Assembly: GCA_029838195.1 (NCBI GenBank) | Contig: JALGVJ010000017.1 | Coordinates: 64,001 to 128,000 of the forward strand | Length of the DNA: 64,000 nucleotides | Source: Promethearchaeota archaeon | Lineage (GTDB): Archaea; Asgardarchaeota; Lokiarchaeia; Sigyniarchaeales; SOKP01 | Direction: 5' to 3' | Part shown: positions 10,387-20,894 of the stretch, piece after piece | Numbering within the stretch: position 1 is the first letter of the stretch | Layout of the letters: every line of letters starts with the position of its first letter | Made by a program: the position numbers and the translations under genes | The notes under the pieces: model-generated | The model's input: only the letters and a program-made list of their open reading frames with translations | Databases searched by the model: none | What the model was told of the DNA's origin: nothing

Positions 10387-11808
10387 TTATAATCCCATCT
10401 CTTTTAATTTTTGCTTATTTTCTTTTGTTTTTTCCGCTGTTAAGTCATAATATTTTGCAAATACTATTATACCGATGAATAGAAAAATCGCCGGAATTAT
10501 TGCTGCTTGCATGCGAATGCCAAAAAGCGCTAAGGGTGTCTGTGATTCTATATTCGGATCAAAACCAGTTAACACGTGAGCAAGGGCAAAAATTATCGCC
10601 TGCGTGATGATTGAAAATCGCTGGAAAAACGTATTTGCCCCCATGTAAACAGATTCTTGATGCATACCTGTTTTAATGACCGTCTCATCGAGTGTATCGG
10701 AAAGAACAGGAAATCTAGGTGTTTTAAAGGCAGAAACGCCAATACCAAACAAGAACGCACAGATGAGAAACGTGATCGGATCCCAAAAAAATATTAGCGT
10801 TAGAAGTGTAAGTAAAAAAATAGTGGAGCCGATGATAGCCACTTTTTTATTATCGTTTATTTTTCGCATCAATTTTAAGAAGAGTGGCACCGAAGCAATT
10901 GAACCAATTATAGTGAGAGCAAGTAACGGAGTTGCAAAAGACGCAGGAGCTCTGATCGTGTATTTTACAAAATAATGGATTGACGCAAGCACGCAATTGA
11001 ATACTACATCACCTAAAAATGTTAGAAATACGAAAAGCATGAAATTCTTTTGTTTCACGGCCTTTTTCATCACGCTAAAAAAGCCTTCCTTCTCCTTGTG
11101 CATGTCCACGATTACATACCGATTTATCATGTTTTTCGTTTCTCTGATGCCGGGAATGGCTAACACAAAAAACACTAGTGCTAGCAAGGCGATTATTAAT
11201 CCCATGAATGAATATGAAGAGATATCACCATATGTTATTAATAACGGAGGAATGATTCCGCCTATTGCCGTTCCACACATCCCTAACGCCCAACCAAGAC
11301 TTCCCGTCTTTCTTCTCTCATCATCCGAGCGAAATTTGTCCGCAAAAAGAGAAAAATGATTATTTTGAAACATGGAATAAAAAGTATCGAAGCAACACGT
11401 CCAAATCACCATCCAAATAAATATTAGAAGCGTGTTTTCCGCAGGATTCGTAAAGGGTGGTGTCAAAATAAAGTACATGGAAAAAACCCAAGGAATAGCG
11501 GCAATAACCATCCATGGAAATCTTTTGCCCCAGCGCTTCCAAAGCCGATTAGGTTTATCGAATAAATAGCCAAGCAAGGGATCGTTTATCGAATTCCATA
11601 AGGAATAAATTACGTAGGCAATCGTAATGAACCACACGTATAATCCTATTTCTGTCTCATAAAAGAAGAATACGTACGTTCCAAACATGACGTTGTATAT
11701 TTCTATTAGAGAATTTCCAAAGCAATAAGAGACAACGGTCTTATTCGAGTGTTTCTCAACTGTATGTTCAATTCCCTTGGAATCCGGTTTTAAATTATTA
11801 GCATTCAT
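10387..11808 (-). CDS. MFS transporter, GPH (MelB/UidB-like) family
   Basis: WNSINDPLLG and WGKRFPW motifs; 12 TMs. Confidence 0.9.
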   Translation of the reverse strand: MNANNLKPDSKGIEHTVEKHSNKTVVSYCFGNSLIEIYNVMFGTYVFFFYETEIGLYVWFITIAYVIYSLWNSINDPLLGYLFDKPNRLWKRWGKRFPWMVIAAIPWVFSMYFILTPPFTNPAENTLLIFIWMVIWTCCFDTFYSMFQNNHFSLFADKFRSDDERRKTGSLGWALGMCGTAIGGIIPPLLITYGDISSYSFMGLIIALLALVFFVLAIPGIRETKNMINRYVIVDMHKEKEGFFSVMKKAVKQKNFMLFVFLTFLGDVVFNCVLASIHYFVKYTIRAPASFATPLLALTIIGSIASVPLFLKLMRKINDNKKVAIIGSTIFLLTLLTLIFFWDPITFLICAFLFGIGVSAFKTPRFPVLSDTLDETVIKTGMHQESVYMGANTFFQRFSIITQAIIFALAHVLTGFDPNIESQTPLALFGIRMQAAIIPAIFLFIGIIVFAKYYDLTAEKTKENKQKLKEMGL

Positions 11809-12494
11809 AATTCAAGATTGATACAAGTTATAATTAGAGTTAATAATGAAGAGATTATTAATAATAGATTTATTTTAATGTTATTTAAAGATTGCATGAG
11901 ACACCATAGTCGACACTAGTTAGCAAAAAAATAGGATAAACGTGGACATTCTAAAAATTATTATCAATTCCACTTGATAAATTTAAAAAATGCATGGTCC
12001 CGTGATATTTATTTAGAAAGCGTCCTTTCTCCTCTATTAAAACAAAAAGAGAAAGAGAAAACCATTTCTGATTAGCTCTCGAGGTGAGTATGGGGAAAAA
12101 GGCTTTCATTAAGTATTAGAAAAGAAAGGTAAGGGAATGAAAACATGAGGACTTCCCTCAAATGGGGAAAAGGAATCCCAATTCGGGATGAAAATAAACA
12201 TGGGAACGACCCGGTAAGAAAAAAAAAGATTGATCTTCGGATCAACGCCCGTTTCTCTAACGACGGGATGATGGGACAATTTGTCCAAATTTATAGTTAG
12301 AGAACAAGTTCTGTGGTCTTTTTCCTTTATATTTAATAATAATAGAAAAAAAAAAAATGTAGAATTTAATGATTTAATAGAAAAAGAAAATGAAAAAAAC
12401 GAATTCTTTATTTAACGGGCCTGATTAAATAAGGAGGGTAGTTAATATTCAATTGGAGGGGTAAAAAAAGAAATTAAAAAAAACTTATGATTTA

Positions 12495-14033
12495 TTAAGT
12501 TGGCAATTCGATTTTAACACCACAATAATGACAAAAGCGAGCTCCTTTTTTTAACGTGCTACCGCAGTAAATACATGTTTTAGAGCCGGGAGGTGTAATT
12601 AAATCGGGCTTGGTTAAACCACGTCCCTCAAACTTCTTTCCACAATTTGTACAGAAATAAGCACTCGCGGGGACTATAGTTCCGCATCGCGGGCATGTTT
12701 TTTCTACGGGTGTTTCAGCTAATTCGGGTTTTTCTAGTTTTTCAAGAAGTTCTTTTACTGGTTGAGACCTCTTATAAGGGTTAATTGAGGGTGGCTCAGG
12801 AGCGCTTGCTTGCAAAACCTTTTTCTGATTCTTCCGAGCAATTGAAACACCAATGAAAATAATTGCCAAGATTACACCAAAAATGATAATAATCGATAAG
12901 AGGGTGGCCCATTGTTCAGCAGGGGATATCGTGGTTTCATAAGTGATATCAAACGTTATTTCTGTTTGTTCATCAAGAGAATTCATGGGATCAAGGTAAA
13001 TGAAAAAGTACCAATCCCCATCTCTGGGGACTGTAAATGTTTGCTGAGGGATTTCTTGCACCGCTTCTTGATAAAAACTTGTAGCGGAAAAATCTGGAAC
13101 GTTTTTGGCTTCATATTCAATGATAAAATCGAGAGAAGTAATAGAATACCTTTCATTATACCACACGATATAATAATCTTTTGATTCGGGCGTGAGATAC
13201 GTGCCCTTGCCACTTCGGACGGTGGTTAAGGAGACATCAAAATCAGGGCTTTCATCTTCATTCCAATCGCTTAATTGTTGGCCATCTGCAATGAAGAAAT
13301 CAAGCGGATTTGAGGCACTAAATTGATAACGAATAATAGACCCACCTCTCAGAAAAAAGGAATAATACACGTAATGGTTCATCTCTAATTCTAAGGAATA
13401 TTCTTCTCGTCCGCTTTCTGTAATGCGGGGCAAGTTTTCAAAAGGTTGATCCCATATTGCAAAAGTTATTAAGCTCCCGGATGATTGAACAGAAAAGGTT
13501 ATTGTATCCCCCGCTTTCAATTTTTCATATTCATACCAATACTCATCGAAATATAATGTTTCGGTGGATCTATAATTTATCGTGGATTTAAAGCCACTTT
13601 CTCCCGCAGGAATTAGTGCCACAACGGTGATGATCGGAATGAAAATAAATGCGACTAAGATGATTAAGATCAAAAATCCTAAGAGCAAAGCAGGCGAGTA
13701 ATACCATGGACGATACCACCAGCCAGTCCACCACGGAGAATGCCACCATCTCCAATACCACGGACGATGGTACCACCAAGAAGGTCTATATCCTCGCCAA
13801 TAATACCGTCTATGAGGACGGTAATAAACATGCCGATAAGGTCCAAGAGGTCTCCTATCAACTATTCTTTTAGCTCCCGTGCGTCCGAAGGGAGTTCCGC
13901 TAGGATGAGGAGTTCCCATTCGAAATCCTGTAGGGCCTCCTCGAATTCCTCCCCCTCGAAATCCTCCAATATTAGTTCCTCTAAACCCTCCTCCTATACT
14001 TCTAAAACTACGATCTCCTCCCCCTCGTGGCAT
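12495..14033 (-). CDS. Two-TM membrane protein: RGG-rich N-terminus, beta-sandwich (GOLD-like) ectodomain, C-terminal double zinc ribbons
   Basis: GGGFRG/RGGG repeats, R/W/Y-rich stretch, TM, beta-rich region, TM, then CPRC..FCTNC and CIYC..FCHYC. Confidence 0.75.
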   Translation of the reverse strand: MPRGGGDRSFRSIGGGFRGTNIGGFRGGGIRGGPTGFRMGTPHPSGTPFGRTGAKRIVDRRPLGPYRHVYYRPHRRYYWRGYRPSWWYHRPWYWRWWHSPWWTGWWYRPWYYSPALLLGFLILIILVAFIFIPIITVVALIPAGESGFKSTINYRSTETLYFDEYWYEYEKLKAGDTITFSVQSSGSLITFAIWDQPFENLPRITESGREEYSLELEMNHYVYYSFFLRGGSIIRYQFSASNPLDFFIADGQQLSDWNEDESPDFDVSLTTVRSGKGTYLTPESKDYYIVWYNERYSITSLDFIIEYEAKNVPDFSATSFYQEAVQEIPQQTFTVPRDGDWYFFIYLDPMNSLDEQTEITFDITYETTISPAEQWATLLSIIIIFGVILAIIFIGVSIARKNQKKVLQASAPEPPSINPYKRSQPVKELLEKLEKPELAETPVEKTCPRCGTIVPASAYFCTNCGKKFEGRGLTKPDLITPPGSKTCIYCGSTLKKGARFCHYCGVKIELPT

Positions 14034-14035
14034 GC

Positions 14036-15046
14036 TTAATCATTCACCTCATGAGTGGTTAAATTTGTTTCTTTTCCCCGGAATATATAATTACGGAAAA
14101 TGGATACGATAATGAGGACCATGGACGCTATTGAAAAAGTTAATCCAAGAAGGTCAATGGAGATAACCTCACTTAAATTATAGATATTAAAAATCATGCC
14201 AAAGAATACCCATTCTAAAACCAAAAACAAGAGAAAAATGAGGGGTATTATGATTCGAATCGTTTGTGCAGCAATGATGTTTCTAGCATCCGAATAACTA
14301 GCATATATTATAGTAAATACGTTGAGGATTCCAAATATAATGGCTAAAATGCTTATTAAATCTAAAAATAACCAAGCAATTCCCTTCGAACTAATTAGAG
14401 AAGAATATTCGATTAAAAGATCGTTTCCCCTTGCTTCAAAAGGAAAAAATCTTAAAATTCCTCCACGTATGCTTGCACTTCCTAACTTGCTAAGAGTAGA
14501 TGCTTGATCAGCGTAAAAAAATCCATACATCCCGATCATTGGAAAGATCACGCCAAGGAGGAGAGCGAGCATAGCACAAATGCTTGCGAGCCAAAACTCT
14601 GCTAATTTTGGGTTTTCCACGGGGATCATTCCGATATCATCAAACGTCTCATCGGGAATGAATGACCAGCAATCTTGAATCGTGCATACTCCCTTAAGTT
14701 CCCCGCTTTCTACCACGGGTACGACGTTTACATGTAATTTTTGCATTCTCATGAAGGCCTCTTCCACGGATGTATCAAGATTAACCGGTTCAATTACATA
14801 CATCACATTTACCACTTTTTCTGTCTTGCAATCAATTCCTTCCGCAACGACATTTTGTACTATATCAAAATCAGCAATTACCCCTAACACTTTCTTTGAT
14901 TTAGAATCCAAGACCACGAGATCAGGTACACTAAGTTCCTTCATTTTTTTAGCAGCTTCATGGACGGTCGCTGTTGATTCAATAATGCCATATTCATCCT
15001 CAATAACCAGATTTTTTACCAGAAATTTCTTTTTAAGTCCATTCAT
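14036..15046 (-). CDS. CBS-domain pair fused to a 4-TM membrane domain
   Basis: ATVHEAAKKM..VLGVIADFDIV and SVEEAFMRM..VPVVESGELKGVCT CBS repeats; 2 bp gap to the downstream gene suggests an operon. Confidence 0.85.
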   Translation of the reverse strand: MNGLKKKFLVKNLVIEDEYGIIESTATVHEAAKKMKELSVPDLVVLDSKSKKVLGVIADFDIVQNVVAEGIDCKTEKVVNVMYVIEPVNLDTSVEEAFMRMQKLHVNVVPVVESGELKGVCTIQDCWSFIPDETFDDIGMIPVENPKLAEFWLASICAMLALLLGVIFPMIGMYGFFYADQASTLSKLGSASIRGGILRFFPFEARGNDLLIEYSSLISSKGIAWLFLDLISILAIIFGILNVFTIIYASYSDARNIIAAQTIRIIIPLIFLLFLVLEWVFFGMIFNIYNLSEVISIDLLGLTFSIASMVLIIVSIFRNYIFRGKETNLTTHEVND

Positions 15047-15650
15047 TATTAAATTTCGCTCTTAATTGTTATTTAATATAGTAGAAATCAAAACATGTTA
15101 TCATGAAGTTGGAAAATATTTCTAAAGATAATAAGGTATCTTAGGAATAAAATTATTATTGTTGGAAATTAAGAATTGATAAAATAAATCGAAAAAAATG
15201 GGGGTTGACTTAAAATTTAACCGGATACTTTCCATGTTTTTCGGTAGCTTCAAGGCGTTATATTGCTCCTCAAATTCATCCATAACATCAAACGACGTGC
15301 GAGGCGGAGCTCCTAACACTTCATAACATATTTTTCCATCCATCGTGATGATGTGTGTCAGAACTTGATTGGGCTCTTCTCTATTTAAAGTAATCCTCCT
15401 CTTTCCATACTATTTATGAAAATAAATAATCTTCCATTAATCTTAAGCGTTCATTTTTAAATTTACGTTTATTACCAAAAAGAAGAAAGAAATTTTAGAG
15501 TGAAATTACGTGCTATATTTAAGATTTAAAATAAATCCCTTGAAAACGTTAAATTTTAAATTAGCTTGAAAAATGCTAACCGTTAATATCAGTTAAAAAA
15601 ATATAAATGATATATCGTTCTTTACTATTAGTGATACCGAGAGGATCGAT

Positions 15651-16058
15651 TTGAAACGCTCAGATGATTGGTTAAAACAAGCTAAAAAAGATATCTTGCA
15701 TTCCAAAGAAAGTCTCAAAATTCAGCACCATGAATGGGCTGTCTTTGCGGCTCAACAAGGAGCAGAAAAAGCCATCAAGGCTTTATTTCATGAAATTGGA
15801 GCAGATGCCAGAGGACACTCGTTATTTTTCCTTTTAAAAAAATTACCGCAAAATTTTCATGTTTCGGATAAAATAATGAATAGCGCTAAAAGTTTAGATA
15901 AACATTATATTACTTCTCGATATCCAAATAGTTTTGCTTCAGGAGCTCCTGAAGATTATTATACTAAAGAAGAGGCTGAAGAGGCAATTAAAAATGGAGA
16001 AGAAATATTCAAATTCTGTGAGCGTCAAATATCCTCCCTCCGGGAAGGAACTTCTTAA
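15651..16058 (+). CDS. HEPN domain protein (toxin-like partner of an HEPN-MNT pair)
   Basis: DWLKQAKKD, AAQQGAEKAIKA, GHSL and YITSRYP motifs. Confidence 0.9.
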   Translation: MKRSDDWLKQAKKDILHSKESLKIQHHEWAVFAAQQGAEKAIKALFHEIGADARGHSLFFLLKKLPQNFHVSDKIMNSAKSLDKHYITSRYPNSFASGAPEDYYTKEEAEEAIKNGEEIFKFCERQISSLREGTS

Positions 16059-16365
16059 ATTACTTAAAAATAATGCCGAAAACTTAGGAAAAATTATTCC
16101 TAATATAAAGAAAATAATTCTTTTTGGTTCCTTTGCGAGATTAAAACCTCATGCTAATAGTGATGTCGATTTACTTTTCATTATCGATAAAAGATTCCCT
16201 AATGATTTTGAAATAATTTATGAATTCTTATACGATTTATCTCTAAATTATGAATGGGCACCCCTAATTCTTGATGTAAATCATTTTAAAAAATTACAAG
16301 AAGAAAAAGGATTTTTTATAAGAGAGATACTTGAAGAGGGAATTATCATTTATTCTGAATTATGA
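15994..16365 (+). CDS. Minimal nucleotidyltransferase (MNT) antitoxin
   Basis: IILFGSFAR..SDVDLL motif; likely start at ATG 15994, overlapping the HEPN gene. Confidence 0.88.
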   Translation: MEKKYSNSVSVKYPPSGKELLKLLKNNAENLGKIIPNIKKIILFGSFARLKPHANSDVDLLFIIDKRFPNDFEIIYEFLYDLSLNYEWAPLILDVNHFKKLQEEKGFFIREILEEGIIIYSEL

Positions 16366-16421
16366 ATTTAACTCTTTCTAATAAAAATTTGTAAAGAAAA
16401 TAAAAAAAATTCTTGGAATTT

Positions 16422-17294
16422 TTACTTTTCTAATAACTCTCTAATTTTTTTGACGATTTCTTTGAATGCCTTTGCGGACGCACTATCAGGATTCTTGATT
16501 ACAAACGGTAGACCCTGGTCTCCTTGTTCACTCACTTCCACTTCGAACGGAATCTTTCCCAATAACCTCACGTTAAAATCCCTTGAGGCCTTTTCAGCTC
16601 CTCCCGGCGGATATAAATCAATATATTTACCACAATGCGGACAATTAAAACCTGACATGTTCTCTATTATGCCTAGAATATTTCTCTCCATGATTTGCGC
16701 CATCCTGATCGTTTTGCGAGCATCCATTAGCGAAACTTCTTGAGGAGTAGTAACTACAATGACATTTTCATCGGGAATTAATTGGAGGATGTCTAAGGTC
16801 TCATCCGAAGTTCCCGGAGGCAGATCAAAGACTATATAATCCAATTCGCCCCAAACGGCATCTCCTAAAAACTGTCGCACGGCACCCATTTTCATGGGCC
16901 CTCTCCAAATAACAGGTTCATCGGTACTCATTGTTAAAAAAGCCATGCTTAAAACTTTCAAATTGAGCGGCCCTAATACGGGATAAAATTTCTTGGCGTC
17001 GGGGTCCACTCGTGGTTTCAATTCCGTGCTCACGCCTAACATTTTTGTCACGTTAGGCCCCGTAATATCCACATCAAGAATACCAACTCTCAATCCAACA
17101 CTGGCCAAGCTCATGGCTAAATTTACAGCCACGGTTGTTTTTCCTACTCCGCCTTTTCCGCTAATTACAACGAGTTTGTGCTTAATCTTAGCCATGTTTT
17201 CTTGAATGCTTTTCATTCTTTCATCAATTTGTTCTTTTTTTCCTTCCTCGACCGTTTTCTTTAGATCAATGTCAGGAATTTCATCATTTGTCAT
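16422..17294 (-). CDS. mrp: Mrp/ApbC/NBP35 Fe-S cluster carrier ATPase
   Basis: SGKGGVGKT, DVDITGP, VIWRGP, DLPPGTSD and ENMS..CPHC motifs. Confidence 0.95.
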   Translation of the reverse strand: MTNDEIPDIDLKKTVEEGKKEQIDERMKSIQENMAKIKHKLVVISGKGGVGKTTVAVNLAMSLASVGLRVGILDVDITGPNVTKMLGVSTELKPRVDPDAKKFYPVLGPLNLKVLSMAFLTMSTDEPVIWRGPMKMGAVRQFLGDAVWGELDYIVFDLPPGTSDETLDILQLIPDENVIVVTTPQEVSLMDARKTIRMAQIMERNILGIIENMSGFNCPHCGKYIDLYPPGGAEKASRDFNVRLLGKIPFEVEVSEQGDQGLPFVIKNPDSASAKAFKEIVKKIRELLEK

Positions 17295-17625
17295 TATTCA
17301 TCAGCCTTTTATTTTTTATTTTTAGTTCATATTTTATTTTTTTTTCCTTTCTCAAGTAAAATTTAAATAAATAAAGTTCTAAAACTAATGGATTATAAAT
17401 TATTCAAATAAAAAGAATTCCCGTTATAACTATTAAATGTTTGTAGGTTTTTGATTTTAAAAATCAATTACTCTAAAATTGAATAATCATTCAAATTATA
17501 AAAAGTTTAGAAAAATAGAATCGGAAATAATTACATTGAAATGCATTTACTTAATAAAAAGATGATATAAAAAATAAGATTTAACGAGAAATATAGTAGC
17601 GTTCTAAAAGAGTTAAGTCAAAGCA

Positions 17626-17922
17626 CTTTATAAGTCCAATTTAATTTTTAAAATTTTAAGGGAGTTAAAAGCGGGAAAATATCAAATACAAGAAATTGAA
17701 ATTGCAGAAAAAATTAGTATTAAAATATTAAATCTGAAGAAATTTAAAAAAGATTTCAATAGTTTGAAAAATGTTGAGCATGTAGGAAATATTTATAGAT
17801 TAAATGAAATAGGAGATATCAATATAATAGAATTGAAAATGAGTGAATCTAAAAAAGGAAGAGGAAAATTAGCGAATTTTAGTCAAAAACTCTTAATAAT
17901 TATAAATTGTTTACTCAAATAA
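17626..17922 (+). pseudogene. Start-less ORF remnant (about 95 codons), mostly deleted in copy 2 of the duplication
   Basis: Open frame NLIFKILRELKAGKYQIQEIEIAEK...IINCLLK* directly preceded by a stop, with no start codon at its 5' end. Confidence 0.4.
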
Positions 17923-18093
17923 TATAATATCTTGGTGAAGTGAATTTAGGACAATAAATAATTTCCAAGACCAAATTTAGAGAGAATTTAAATAGGTATA
18001 AAAATTATCCAGATGGAATTGAATAAAGGACCAAAAAATCAAAAAATAAGCAATAAAGGGGGTTATTAAAAAAAATAAATCAATTTTGAATTA

Positions 18094-19539
18094 TTAAATT
18101 TTCAACCTATTGAGTTCAGCTTTATTTTTTAATACCACATCCTGAGTTAAAGGAAAAAACTTCCAAAAAATCAAGGTAGCCACGAGTAAAATTGTTCCAG
18201 GAATAACTCCTTCAAGTAAACGAATACCTAAAAGAACTAAATCCATGTTAGGAACCACGGCAGCCATTTTTTCATAGGTATCATAGCCTGCAACGAACCC
18301 TGTAAGATTATGGACGATAGCGAAAATTAATTCATCAATATTGCCGGTAAGACGATTAAGCATTGCTGTAATTCCAATGAGAATGGCCTTTTGATTGGTT
18401 TTCAGCTTTGCGGCGAAATCATCCACTACTGATGGGAATAATATGGTAAACAAGAAAGTATTTACACCTCCAGAGGCAATTCCGAGTATGAATGCCATGA
18501 TCATGAGATCAAATAGTCCTTGAAAAAAAGTCAATGGAAACAACGCAATACTATATGTTAAACCTCCAACTACAAATGCTTTTTTGTTGTCGTTTACTTT
18601 CCTAATGAATTTAAGCCAAAAAGGAACCGATATTAAAGTTCCTAAGAGATTTAAACCTAAAATAAGAATATATGCATCCGAACTCTCTTGTAGAACAAAA
18701 GTTATTACATACACCAAATTTGGTACGATCAAGGCTAATGTAACCCCATAGGCTACACCATATATGAAATATACTATGAAACTTCTCAATGTTATAATTC
18801 CTTTTAATGCCTCAAAAAAACTAATGTCTTTTTTTTCAATTTCAGGAGAAAAATATCTTTCAATCATTATTTCATCTTCACGATTGCCGGGAAGGCTTAA
18901 AATAGCAAATATCAGACAAAATATTGCAACAACTGTACCCATGATTTGATAGCTAGCTTTCTTATCTCCGGGAATTATATCAATAAAAAGAGCGGGTAAT
19001 ACAATGCCAAATATTACTGAAGAAATATCGAGCGGAACATAATATTTTGTGAAAATACGACGTTCTTCTTCCGTTCGAAATTTATCCGGTCGAATTGTAT
19101 TTATATTAATACCCACGAGCGTGCCAAAGGTGTCATAAACAAATAATGACATTAATAACCACCAAAAAGCGGGCCAAGGATTTGAAGAAACATCGAGATC
19201 AGGGATAGAAAAGAGCAAATAAATAGAAAAGCACCAAGGGACGATACCTACAACAATCCATGGAAATCGTCTCCCCCATTTTCTCGTGAATCGCATGTTT
19301 CTGTCAATCAGAAAACCAAAGAGCGGGTCGTTTACTGCGTTGTATACCATGAATATACTCGATGCGAGAAAAATAAACAAAATATTTAAACCGACAATAA
19401 CTTCGTAATAAAAAAGGTAAAATCCCGACATGACAGCGCCTAATGTTGAAGAGGAAACTTGAGAAAGAGCATTTGAAAGAAAGGTCCATCTTGAATGTCT
19501 TGTTTCAGAAGATTCTTCAAAAGTAATATTTTCATTCAT
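18094..19539 (-). CDS. MFS transporter, GPH family (copy 1)
   Basis: YNAVNDPLFG and WGRRFPW motifs; 12 TMs. Confidence 0.9.
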   Translation of the reverse strand: MNENITFEESSETRHSRWTFLSNALSQVSSSTLGAVMSGFYLFYYEVIVGLNILFIFLASSIFMVYNAVNDPLFGFLIDRNMRFTRKWGRRFPWIVVGIVPWCFSIYLLFSIPDLDVSSNPWPAFWWLLMSLFVYDTFGTLVGININTIRPDKFRTEEERRIFTKYYVPLDISSVIFGIVLPALFIDIIPGDKKASYQIMGTVVAIFCLIFAILSLPGNREDEIMIERYFSPEIEKKDISFFEALKGIITLRSFIVYFIYGVAYGVTLALIVPNLVYVITFVLQESSDAYILILGLNLLGTLISVPFWLKFIRKVNDNKKAFVVGGLTYSIALFPLTFFQGLFDLMIMAFILGIASGGVNTFLFTILFPSVVDDFAAKLKTNQKAILIGITAMLNRLTGNIDELIFAIVHNLTGFVAGYDTYEKMAAVVPNMDLVLLGIRLLEGVIPGTILLVATLIFWKFFPLTQDVVLKNKAELNRLKI

Positions 19540-19712
19540 TTTTGATTTACATGTTTGTTTTAAAAAAATTAGTTGTAATAATATTTAAATCTTAGTAACC
19601 ATTGATTTTTCTAACATCAAATTTTATCATTTGCATTAGTTTTTAAAACCAAGAAATTAATTAAAAAAAAATCTTTAAAACCAAATAATAACTAAAAAAA
19701 AAAAGAAAAATA

Positions 19713-20894
19713 ATGAAAGCGGATAAGGCTGAAATCGAATTTTTATTCAAACAAATGCTTAAAGAGCAAGAGGAAAAAGCTCCTACAGATAAAATTTATC
19801 AGAAAGACATGGAGGATGTTGGAATATTTAAAGTTCAGTGGAAGATATGCGGAATTTTAGGATATCAAATATATGAAAAGGATAAAATAAGCTACAAATT
19901 CGGAGAAACTTTAGAAGAACCTGATGTTACTCTTGTTATTAGAGATAAAGAGTTAGCAGCTCGATTTCTAAAGGGAGAAGTTTTTGATTTTGATATTCTT
20001 CCGGGGTACAAAAAGGAGTATAAAATAAATTATACGGAAGGTAAGAAAATAGTCGAAACGAAAGAAGGAAGGAGAAGAGTTCCCGCCATTTCAAAACCTT
20101 TTGTAGTAGCTCGATTTAATAGAGATAAAAACTATCATCCTTATATCTTATCAAAATTACCCGTTTTTCGAAAACTTGTTGTTGAAACCCGTGTGAATCC
20201 TGATGACATTGGCTATTACATTCCAATCAATCAATCTCTTGGAACTTATGAAAATCAAACTTTACCCATGAAAATTATTAGGAATTTTATTGAAAAAGCG
20301 AGTAATATATTAATACTAAACCAGTGTGGGTGCAGAAAATACAATGGGTGTAAAGATTACGATATAAAAATAGGATGCATTTACATGGGAGATGATATTA
20401 AAAATATCGAACTTATTGAAGGTAAACATCATTTAGCAACAAAAGAAGAAGCTTTAGAACATGTACAACGAGCCGTTGATAATGGTCTAATTCCACTAAT
20501 AGGAAGGGCAATGGATGAAGCTGTGGGATTTGGTGTGGAAGATACGGGACATTTTATGGGAATGTGTTTCTGTTGTCCTTGTTGTTGTACTAATGTAAGA
20601 AATACGAAATATGGAACAAAGTATATTAATTTTTTCCGTAAAATAGAAGGTCTTGAGATTTCGGTGGATCCAGACCTTTGCACGGCATGTGAAACGTGTT
20701 TGGAATCATGTGTTTTTGATGCATTGAAAATAGATGATATAGCTATAATTGATGAGGAAAAATGCATGGGATGTGGTCGCTGTGAAACGGCATGTCCTAA
20801 TGGTGCTATTTCACTAAAGATTACTGATCCACGGGATATTGATGAATTAATTGAAAAAATCGAATCTCATGTTGATGTGACTCCATCTAGTTAA
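19713..20894 (+). CDS. Fe-S protein: SCP2-like N-terminal domain, CFCCPCCC motif, 2x[4Fe-4S] ferredoxin domain (copy 1)
   Basis: CGCR..GC..GC, MCFCCPCCC, CTACETCLESC and CMGCGRCETACP motifs. Confidence 0.82.
   Translation: MKADKAEIEFLFKQMLKEQEEKAPTDKIYQKDMEDVGIFKVQWKICGILGYQIYEKDKISYKFGETLEEPDVTLVIRDKELAARFLKGEVFDFDILPGYKKEYKINYTEGKKIVETKEGRRRVPAISKPFVVARFNRDKNYHPYILSKLPVFRKLVVETRVNPDDIGYYIPINQSLGTYENQTLPMKIIRNFIEKASNILILNQCGCRKYNGCKDYDIKIGCIYMGDDIKNIELIEGKHHLATKEEALEHVQRAVDNGLIPLIGRAMDEAVGFGVEDTGHFMGMCFCCPCCCTNVRNTKYGTKYINFFRKIEGLEISVDPDLCTACETCLESCVFDALKIDDIAIIDEEKCMGCGRCETACPNGAISLKITDPRDIDELIEKIESHVDVTPSS

Noticed and set aside
11990-12330. RNase P, SRP RNA or tRNA in the hairpin-rich intergenic region
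   Set aside because: GAGGGAAGTCC on the minus strand only loosely resembles RNase P CR-I; no matching CR-V or closing helix, no SRP helix 8 motif and no cloverleaf were found
15122-15343. 73-aa ORF as a real gene
   Set aside because: No recognisable family; the C-terminal half is low-complexity AT-rich sequence; at most a remnant
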